A stretch of DNA of 32,598 nt from Nemertoderma westbladi (lineage: Eukaryota; Animalia; Xenacoelomorpha). The stretch is taken from contig JAUCBJ010006886.1 in the NCBI GenBank assembly GCA_032718475.1, positions 1 through 32,598 of the forward strand, written 5' to 3'. Below the pieces are notes generated by a model. That model was not told where the DNA came from. It was given only the letters and a program-made list of their open reading frames with translations, and made no database searches. This document shows, piece by piece, positions 1-9,105 of the stretch. The position numbers and the translations under genes are program-made. Each line of letters begins with the position of its first letter. Position 1 is the first letter of the stretch.

Positions 1-743
1 ATTTTAATTATTTGGTCTGTGGGCTCTGTACTACCTAAGTTGGTGTTATTTAGCTGCCTTCTAACAGCTGGAGGCAAATCAGGCAATTTCTGACGGTGGA
101 ATGTTCTTTTACGTCTACTTGGACGAGATCTATTTCCCTTGCCTTCAGTATCGGTGGTATCGCCTTCCTCAGATGATGTATATCCCTGTCTTTTGGGAGT
201 AGATCGATTCATCATCTGCATATTACTAGCTGCTAACTGTTTATTTATGCAGTCTTGATTCTCCTGAATGTTTTCCAATTCTAATTGGGTGATTTCGTCA
301 GCCGCTTTCCTTTCTGCTTCTGCCACTTTTGTCTCTGCCGCTGCCTCTGCCGCTGCCTCTGCCGCTTTTGCCTCTGCCGCTGCCTTGGCCGCTGCCGCCT
401 TTCTTTCTGCTTCTGCAACTACTACTGCTGCTTTCTTTCTGTCTTCTATACGTTTTTTCCTTACTTGTTCTTCCCTTTCTCTAGCGATGCGGAGTTGTTC
501 ATCGAATTTAGCTTGGTTCGCCGCTAACCTATCCACATCAATCGCATCTAACACAAGTTTGGCTCCTTCGCTATTAGGGCTAAGTCCCTCTAGCCTTCTC
601 CTCAACTCTTCATCTCCCACAAAACGCTGATAGTCTGACAGATAGATATCAATGGCATCCCTCTTATGCGGTTTCTCTGCTGTCGCTTCACTCTCCGTTG
701 TATCTAGTAGACTGTCTGACAGGTTCTGCTTTGCGTCAGACAT
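1..743 (-). CDS. Partial ORF (>=247 aa, open at the window edge); probable N-terminus of an LTR-retrotransposon Gag-like protein
   Basis: Read by hand from the ATG at 743 (MSDAKQNLSD...EAERKAAAAKAAAEAKAAEAAAE...RSRPSRRKR...TDQIIK) with no stop down to base 1. It has a coiled-coil/Ala-Glu-Lys-rich block followed by a basic block. It is absent from the ORF track because it has no stop inside the window. The Gag call is inferred from its position downstream of an LTR and leader; no capsid or zinc-knuckle motif is visible. Confidence 0.65.
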   Translation of the reverse strand, partial: MSDAKQNLSDSLLDTTESEATAEKPHKRDAIDIYLSDYQRFVGDEELRRRLEGLSPNSEGAKLVLDAIDVDRLAANQAKFDEQLRIAREREEQVRKKRIEDRKKAAVVVAEAERKAAAAKAAAEAKAAEAAAEAAAETKVAEAERKAADEITQLELENIQENQDCINKQLAASNMQMMNRSTPKRQGYTSSEEGDTTDTEGKGNRSRPSRRKRTFHRQKLPDLPPAVRRQLNNTNLGSTEPTDQIIK

Positions 744-831
744 GTTTGTGTGTACAGTTGAATGTCTACTGCTGTATTACAGTCTGAGTAAGTCTAGTAA
801 CTCAGTATTACCTGCTAGCCTAGTAATTAAT

Positions 832-1113
832 TACCGGTACTGCTACTCAGTGTAGCGTGATATATATAATATATTAGAATACCGGTATGCTTATAGTATA
901 TATAACTATTATTACAGACTAGGTTTATCACAGAATACCGGTATAATTTTAGCACAAATATATATAAATATATAATAGGCCTATCGGAATACCGGTATAC
1001 AGCTTACAGTTTGTAGTATATATAATTCTGGACTAGAATTAATTACAAGTACCGGTATAATTTCAGCCTAGATTTATAGAAATAAGATAATAGGCCTATC
1101 GTAAATACCGGTA
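832..1113. repeat. Degenerate ~55-bp tandem repeat, each unit carrying the palindrome TACCGGTA
   Basis: TACCGGTA occurs at 832, 880, 936, 990, 1050 and 1106. Alternating units share flanks (ataataggcctatcg; gtataattt). Confidence 0.8.
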
Positions 1114-2051
1114 TATCAATTATTTTAGAATAATTGAATTTCTGAACTTTAGGGTTACTTGGTTACTTTAACTTACTTTATTACCGTTATTTAAGCAGTA
1201 ATCCAACTGATATTGAGACCTAATGGTTTTATGGTATGCCTACTATTTATAAATCGTTGGATTTGATTTATAATATATATACCCGTTTTAATGGGTTTTG
1301 TCTATGTTTGAAATAAATGTTATTATTTCTGGGGAGTAATCACTACACAAAGCGGTGCGCTTTCAGTGAAGTGTTACTTATAGGACACTAAAACAAATAA
1401 TTCTAATTTACCTAAGTTACTTAATACTACAAATTACGTACAATTCGGGTGAGATTACAATCTCTAAATAAACACAAAAATTTACAAAAACACAAAATAC
1501 GAAATTTTTAGGGTAATTTTACAAGAAGTCTACAAACCAGCCTAACAAAGGGTTAGAAATCTGGTTATTACAATGGACAGGGTACTACGGTATTTGAAAT
1601 AATAAGTAGTAGTAAATACACTGCGTTGTCCAGATAGGAAAATACCACCGCCTGACGACCTCTAGCCGTATCGCTATAGGTTCTACGTTATGTATCACGG
1701 AGTGTTCCTACCTAGAAGTTAATAGAGCTAATCGAATGTGCCTATCAACCACTTTACAACACAGATATAATGTCTACACTAATTACTTCGGAAAGTACTG
1801 TACACTAAACCCTAAATTAGGTACAAGTACTTGTACAACAGATAATCAGTAGTTAAATATACTTGAACAGCTAAAAGAACCACGGCATCTGCTGGAGTGA
1901 CCGATGCACAAAATCACCAGTCTTTACCTACGCCGAGCAGCCCGTGTAGTACCGGGGTTAATTTAACAATAGCGGTATGTATAACAAACACAATTACTGT
2001 AGGAACAAACTTGGGGAATGAATGTTGCGGATAATCGCATAAACTCTGAAT

Positions 2052-2620
2052 AATAAATATTACGCTACGCGTACAAACTACTCAAACAAAATACAGACCG
2101 AACACTGACAGACTACTATCAAGCCTAAACAAACTACGGTATATGCAGACTCCGAAATGATTAGGGAGTATGCGCTCTAACCCAGTAGTGCGACTTATTC
2201 TTTAGTTGGGGGATTACCTTACAGCGTTCGCTGCCCCTACTGCCTAATCGTACTTAATCGGACAGATGATCTACACACGCGGCAATCCGTTCAGACCTAA
2301 TAACAGCCAGACAACTATCCAGCCTACAAATTATCTAAATAAAATTATACGCTACCCGTACAGACTTACACAAACAAAGTACAGACTAAACGATGGCAGA
2401 CCACTCTCAAGCCTAAATAAACCACAGGACATGCAGACTCCGAAATGATTAGGGAGTATGCGCTCTAACCCAGTAGTGCGACTTATTCTTTAGTTGGGGG
2501 ATTACCTTACAGCGTTCGCTGCCCCTACTGCCTAATCGTACTTAATCGGACAGGTGATCTACACACACTGCAATTCGTTCGGACTTAACAGCAATCAGAC
2601 AACAGCTCAGCCTACAAATC
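2052..2620. repeat. Two-copy 288-bp tandem duplication with an identical 123-bp core
   Basis: 2143-2265 is identical to 2431-2553. The flanking parts of each unit align but carry many substitutions. Confidence 0.95.
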
Positions 2621-2962
2621 GTCTGTACTATCTGATCAGGCTTACACGCCTTCTGTTCAATACTGGCCTACAAATAAATAAAACTTGACAGAAATAAGTA
2701 AACCATATAAAGGTATAAGGGGTGATCAATCCCTAATCCCTTAAACAGCCTACCGGTATGCAATAATCAAATCGAATAATACTAGTGTACTTATACTGAA
2801 GTACCGGTTAGAACAGTTAGGCCTACTGACCTACAGAGTGTACCGGTTCAGGTTTACCGGTTGACCGGTACTTTCAACTTTATTGCTCACTGCAACAAAG
2901 AAGCTATATCCTTTAATGTTCGCGCTTTCAGACTTTTGGCAGTTTAACCCACCAAATTAAGA

Positions 2963-4144
2963 TGTCTTCTAGATATTAAATCAGTTTTTAGTCTATGACA
3001 AGTATTTGATTCACTACACTAGTCGAAACCAATCCGTGCGCGACCATTCACCCGCTGGAGATTCCCGGGAGATTGGGTTCGACGGTTTAATTTTATTGCT
3101 ATGTAAGCCTAATGTATTATTCGACTGACAGTATTATATAATCTCTGACAATATTATTTACCTTCGGGAATATTAACAGTTCCTTTAGGACGTGGCGCTT
3201 TATCTACATAAACAGAGTTATGACTTAAACTACTCACAACGATATGGCTTAATTATAATTCACATATATGGCGCATTCTTTAGGAATGCTTCTTTAACAG
3301 ACTCACTCATACACAATGCTGCACAATACTGCACACTAATCTGCCGATCTTCACTGATTTTAGTCACATATAAAAGGAACACAGACTGACTCATGTAGGG
3401 TCTATCAAATAACATTAGATTCACTTCAAACCACTTTAACATAAGTCACAATCGTTTATCTGTAACCCTTCTCTCTTACCTTCGGTATATCAAGAATATT
3501 GGGTTTCGGGGTTATTTATCGTTATTCAAAATATAATTATTCATCAACCATATTATGAAGAACCGACGGTAAATAGCAGTATAAAACAACAATGAAAACA
3601 CTGATTGTTATGAGTTTGCAATGTTTCAGCAGTCAGTATGTATGATCAGTTAGCAGTGATTCCATGAGTTTGATCGGTATGTCAGTTAAAGGATATATGC
3701 CCTTTATAATTAAACCTACTAGTTAGTGTAAGACTAAAAACTGAAAACACGGAGGTGCCAAAAGCCGGTTCTTAGGCTCTGGGCAAAAACATAACACTGA
3801 ACTACTGAGTTTCTGTATATACCTCCAACACAAAGACAACAAACGCTCTGATTGGTCAACCTGAACAACGAGAGAACAGAGAAACAAAGAAACGTCGACG
3901 TGGCAATATCAGCTGCTAGCTGTCGTCATGGTAGCGACACTGTTTTCAAGAGTATCGAGCTTTTACGTCACGGAATTACGGATTATGTCCTCTAAAGTAC
4001 AAATACAGAAGAAATAGCTCTTATGTCCGCTAAAACACCAGTACAGCAAGGACACGGCCTTTTTATGCCTGGTAAACCAACTACAGAGTACTTTACGGGA
4101 AAAATAAGGAAAAATAACCGGACAATTCAGTAAAAGCTTTTACA
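2963..4144 (-). repeat. Putative 5' LTR (~1.18 kb)
   Basis: TGT...ACA termini. Minus-strand CCAAT at 3855-3851, TATATA at 3821-3816, TCAGT at 3800-3796 and AATAAA at 3097-3092. The partner LTR is outside the window, and the inner boundary is uncertain by a few bases. Confidence 0.55.
3796..3855 (-). promoter_or_regulatory. CCAAT box, TATA box and initiator-like motif (LTR promoter)
   Basis: GACCAATCAG, then GTATATACAG about 30 nt downstream, then TCAGT about 20 nt further, all oriented toward the leader and ORF. Confidence 0.5.
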
Positions 4145-4361
4145 AAGAAGTTAAGAGAAGCTGCTGTTGGAGTGAGAGCATTAGATCTTCCGGCATATCC
4201 TTGTCATACGCAGTTTTGAGCGCTGTGTGAGAATTGTCTCAGAAGCTTCCCTCTCAGTACTTGGGGTCGAAAGGCGAGATGGGTTCATTCATGCCAGACT
4301 TGAATCTCGTAAAGTCATTCCATAATTTCAATCAAAGAAAGACTTTAAGATACCACAGTAA
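4145..4361 (+). pseudogene. C-terminal remnant of a hATm-type DNA transposase
   Basis: Translates as KKLREAAVGVRALDLPAYPCHTQ/frameshift at ~4214/ERCVRIVSEASLSVLGVERRDGFIHARLESRKVIP*FQSKKDFKIPQ*. This matches the recalled PCHTQxVERxV..VxEAS...G...RDGFI....SR...P.F.SK C-terminus. AATAAA follows at 4360. Confidence 0.75.
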
Positions 4362-4985
4362 TAAACAGTTGTACTTTATATGATTCAAACTTGTATTTGG
4401 TATTCATTAATAACTGTGTTATGTTCTTATTAATATATAATATTGTGATTGTTATATTCTAGAAAGTAATATTCAATTTCTTCATCTCAGAAAACCCGTA
4501 TTCATTATTTGTGGAACATATTTAAGCAAGATGATTCAAAAATTGCTACTCTATTCTTAAAGTATAAAATAACATTTCCAATTATTATAATTTTATAACA
4601 AACTTGACGTAAACTTGTTAGGATTGCTATATCCAGAGAAATACAATCTTGGAATACATTTTTATTTTTTTTTCGTAAAATGTAGATTTTTAATTTCAAA
4701 AAGGCCATAATGGTCACAACGAATAGTCTGAAATTTGTTGTTTGCCTCATTGGTATAAATTTTGCAACAAAACTCCCTGGTCAATTTAGGAATAAAATTT
4801 TTTAAGTTATAATGAAAGATTAAAAACATTTCATGAGCGAAGCAAAAATTTTAATTCCAAAAAAGGTCATTAAGTACAATTCCAAATGGCCTGAAATTTT
4901 TTGATGTCTTATTGGCATCATTTCGCAACTTTCCTACCCCGGTTCCACATCAAATTTGAAAAAATTATTTTTTCGATCCACCCTA
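4145..4985 (+). mobile_element. Right arm of a hAT (hATm-like) DNA transposon
   Basis: The transposase tail is followed by an AT-rich arm ending in ...TCGATCCACCCTA, which reads TAGGGTGG on the minus strand, a hATm-like terminus. The left TIR is not in the window. Confidence 0.55.
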
Positions 4986-5346
4986 ATGTACAACAAGTAT
5001 CCTCTAGCCTAAAGGTATCGGTAGATCTATAGCCATTGAAGCTGATTCAACCCCTCTGTCCGTCAGAATGACTGCCAACCTCAGAATCGTCAAAGCCTCA
5101 GGTACAAAGCCTCAGGTACATCAGTGTTATCAGCCCCACCGTTTTTCCTGGGTCCTCAGAAGAATTCCAAATACCCATATATCCCTGACTGAAACCGTAT
5201 GTAGTTGGATACCAATAATATAACCTTTTCCCACACCATACATAGATGGAGTAAAAAGTAATATAGTTTTCTTCAGCATTTAGGCCAGGGATTATGCACA
5301 AAATCCGAGGATGTATTTCCAATGCAGACATCAACATAGGTATAAT

Positions 5347-5958
5347 TTTATAACGAACCTGTCTTTAGACTGGGTAGTTCTTGTCAAGAGTTGATCCGTT
5401 CAAAAACATGATGTGGTTATGTATGTATGTATATTGCATAACCATCCAATATCTCAAAAACTCAAGCAGGTACGCAAAAATTGTAAACGCGACTATTTAT
5501 CAATTAGTATCTAGTTGTTGAATAAAAAAGTTGGGAACGATTCGATCTGCGATATTCGAAATATTAGCATTATTATCAACATTATGGAACGCGAAATTAA
5601 ATACCCACAACTACACTTTTCAGCTGAACAACATTTCACTACTTATTGTTAATTTGAGTTACGTACTACATTATTATTATATTATTATAGTTCTATCTCT
5701 ATTCAGTCAGTTAGTGTAATGTCAAGCAGTACATCATTTATATATCGTATGTATCTATAGGACCTAATTGTCATCGTTATAATACTGTCATCAACTCTGG
5801 CTAAGCGCAATTGTAATGTAAAGGCTTAGTATAGTTTTGTATAGTTTTTTGGTTGATGCAAGTCATTCTTGGTTTGCATCTTCCAATCCCATCTGTTTCT
5901 GTTCTAGGAGTCTGTTTAAGACAGGTTCGTTTAAAGCTATCTTGATGGCGTTCTAGTT
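5347..5958 (+). mobile_element. Non-autonomous Helentron/Helitron2-type element (HINE), subfamily A, complete
   Basis: Starts TTTATAACGAACC. It has a perfect 14-bp subterminal IR (5352-5365 with 5918-5931), a TATG microsatellite, a 3' hairpin GCTATC-tt-GATGGC and then CTAGTT. The first ~130 bp are shared with the copies at 15194 and 20674. Confidence 0.8.
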
Positions 5959-7039
5959 CAAAAGTTGACCATTTAATTAATGCAAAATAAATCTGAGATT
6001 AAAAAACACACACACATGTGAATCTGGCAGTATGTTCTTCTAGGTGATCACCGCCTGCAGAAATGAACCAAATGAATGAATGCTTCCTACAAACTGACGA
6101 CGAGGCCGCGATGCCGTGGGATTATATAAAAAGTGATTCATTGCTAAATTAATTTAAGGCAGCTGTAGCATTAGTTGCTAAAACAACCTTGTAGGAAAAC
6201 CAATTAGCTGTCCTTTCCTGTCCTTTGACCTATAAATAGATATAGATGTTGATATATTGATGGAAAGTATGTAGATTGATTGATTGATCATTTGCGTTAC
6301 CATAATATAGTGATTGGCTGATTTATCAAGATGATTTATCACACCATACACTGGTCAGGTCATCATGAGAACATCTCTGAACTTGACAAGTGTATGGCTG
6401 GCCAAGTAACTCTGGGGAGTTTGTTTCTGCGTATGCTGAACGCATCATACATAGTGGAGGCCAATCATGAATGCATGTGCATAAGATAAATTGACATGTA
6501 CAATATATTATATGTTATCAAAAATAGGAAGCATGAACCTTGGATGGTCAATTATTCCAATTTCAGTGAATGGAATGTAACCGAAACCTTTGGTATAATT
6601 GCTCGATGCAATTGATAAGGCACAATATTCAAGCAAGGTTTGTAAGGTGAGTTCGCTTTCTAAGATGTGTTTGGTTTAAGAATTTTTCGATGTTGCGCTG
6701 CCAATCTTAGGCATTTTTAAACTTTCACATGATTGTTATTGTTGAAACTTGGGACATCTTCATTCGGACATCCTAAAAGTTATGCATTTTAAATTAAGTT
6801 AGGAAAACCATCATCAACATAATGCCCAAGCTAACAGTAATTAAAATCATAGTCTTCTGATACACCATTATTCAGAATTGCGTGAATAAAAACGATAGAT
6901 GGATATACTGGTAATGTGCTTGGCGATATTTTCCTTTTATTCCCAGTAAGATATGATAAACTTGTAGGAACTTTTCTCCTAATATTGAGAGAATCTTTTG
7001 GACTCATTTAGCCATGGGTGATCTTCCACAATAAACCCT

Positions 7040-7238
7040 TCCATTCTGTTTACCTTGGTTCCCATTTATTAACCAGCCAAAGATGAACACTAGGGTTGTT
7101 GAAATGGTCAAGGCTGCATGCAGCATTTAAATCACTCTGCCCAAACTGTGCTACAATGTCTAGAGATAGAACGTTAGAACCAGGGCCTTCTGGAATGTAA
7201 GCCCATGAATGTCGTCACCACTAGAACAAGTGACTACT
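7040..7238 (-). mobile_element. Highly decayed tRNA-derived SINE
   Basis: The minus strand shows an A-box-like TGTTCTAGTGG, a B-box-like GGTTCTAAC, then TTGGGCAGAGTGATTTAA and TAAATGGGAACC, which resemble central SINE domains. All motifs are degenerate. Confidence 0.4.
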
Positions 7239-8522
7239 TTTCTCTTATAGTTCAGTATTTAGAACTAGGAGTCTACATAATATACAGGAGTCTACATAAT
7301 TCGTTTCCAAGAACGCCAAAACCCTACACATTATTTATTAGTATTCAAATACACTAACATAACAGTGTTGTAGCAGGCATTAACTTACCAAAGTTTGAAA
7401 TCAATCCAATTTTATTAACATATTAACATAATGGGCCTATGGTGTGAATTGTACGGTAAATAATCTCCAGACTAATATAACATTATTCCTATAACAGTGG
7501 GCTGTGTAAAACTCTAATAATCTGTTGGCTACATCCTCCATACTGGATAGGATAGAGATGATTACGGTAGGGGTAGGTGAAGCAAAAAATTACTTGACTA
7601 AATTGGATAGTTTCAAAATAAAGACCCTCATTTCTATTTATATTATGTGATAAAATAATTGAAAAATTATAATATATGAGATATTTATGATAATATATTT
7701 ATGATAAGATATTTAGATATAAGATTTATATAAGATATTAATATAATGTAAATCTTAAATTTCTTTAATAATGTTAAAAAGTCGGTTGTACTAATCAACG
7801 CAACGATATAACAAATTGTTTAAATTTGTTGCATAATGACACCACATTTACTGAACTTTAGCAGAAATTTATCAAAGTAGACGTTCTACGCCATTGTCTG
7901 CATTAAATAAACTATCACGCAGCAGTAGTGCCTATGTTGCTAGGCCCTCCTCCTAGGCTCTTACTGCAGAAAAAAACACTAGAGCCCTTCATGGTTCATA
8001 CACCGATGATAGCCAGGGTTACATCTCGGAGGTAACATCTTATTGCCAAAGCCCATCATGACCTTCAGGCCCAACAGATCAGTTTTACCACTTACACTCA
8101 CATCATGGAACAGATAAGTCTGTGCAAGATCTTGTTCTATGTCAACCGGCTGGTGAAAGGCAACGTGAGTGTCAGCCATTGATATTTCTGACACTGCTCA
8201 TGATAATGCAGTTTAATTTGGAGTTTACATGACTACTCATCCATCATGAATTGTGAAGGAGTTGTATTACAGAAACGGTCGACAATGTAGATGCTTGTCC
8301 TAGTTTTGTGGTAATATGTTACACTCATCAGTGTTCCATAACGGCAAAAGCTTCAGTAACATTAATCTGTTTCCTCAGAATCAAGCCACATGGACCAATT
8401 GAAACCAAGCTTACTTCAAACACATAAACAAAGAAACAAACAAACACATAAACATAAACATAAACAAAGAAACAATGTGATAAAATTCTATCATGTTTGC
8501 ATGATTCTTTGCAATACATTAA

Positions 8523-9105
8523 CCCTATTTCGACTGGGGGGGGGGGGGGGGGGTAAATCCCACCCTGTCTTGTTTGCCTAGTATCTCGAAATTTTTGTAC
8601 ATCTATTGCCCTGAAACTTTCTGACTTTTAATATTTTTCTATTTGCAACATTTCGTGAAAATTTCGCGATTTTTGGGTAATGGGTTCTCATTTTTGAGGC
8701 ACCTCAAAATGTTGGGTCTCTCAAATTTTTAATTCAACCGAGGGGGGGTAAATTTACCCCACCCTGTTTTTTTGTTTGTTGTCATGTTTATTGCTTTTAT
8801 CGAGTAAAGTTGATTCCTGTGGAGGTGTATAGTATTTCTAATAATGCTTTTGTATATTTTTTAAAGCACCCAAATATGAAAAGTGCAAGTAAATATTTCG
8901 ATATTTAGGTTTCCAAGGGTCCATATTCCTATGGAAATCATTATTTTCAATGATTCTGATTATTTGTCGGTTTTTGGCGGCACCCAGAACATCAAAATTA
9001 CAAGTTTACTTGTAATTTTCATTTTTGAGGTGCCGCCAAAAATTGGCAATGGAGCAGTTCATTGAAAATAATCACTGCCATCGGAATCGCACCCTTGAAA
9101 ACCTA
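8523..9105. mobile_element. Truncated piggyBac-like non-autonomous element (left end plus internal palindrome)
   Basis: TTAA|CCCTATT followed by a G-run, as at 15967. The motif GGGGGTAAATyyCACCCTGT recurs at ~8741. There is an imperfect ~200-bp palindrome at 8906-9105. No right terminus was found, so the right boundary is approximate. Confidence 0.55.

Larger units (their letters stand above)
1..4144 (-). mobile_element. 5' portion of an LTR retrotransposon (probably Ty3/gypsy-like): LTR, ~2.2-kb leader, start of ORF1
   Basis: Order on the minus strand: TGT start at 4144, CCAAT/TATA promoter, AATAAA, ACA at 2963, TGG at 2954, long leader, ATG at 743. The outer boundary coincides with the truncation point of a transposase remnant at 4145. 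Confidence 0.6.

Noticed and set aside
268-855. Plus-strand ORFs 268-630, 285-527 and 652-855
   Set aside because: They are antisense shadows of the longer minus-strand ORF starting at 743.
1662-1690. CTGACGA followed by a stem, resembling a hammerhead ribozyme
   Set aside because: No GAAA follows the stem, so the catalytic core is incomplete.
5098-5337. 79-aa minus-strand ORF and a 14-bp tandem duplication (caaagcctcaggta)
   Set aside because: No recognisable motif in the frames I examined and no clear splice context.
6123-6652. TATATAAAA at ~6123 and donor-like AAG|GTGAGT at ~6646 as a possible GPCR first exon
   Set aside because: Such motifs are common in AT-rich DNA and cannot be supported without transcript data.
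7979-8194. 71-aa minus-strand ORF with an internal GTGAGT donor-like site
   Set aside because: The acceptor is weak, there is no recognisable domain, and no partner exons were identified.
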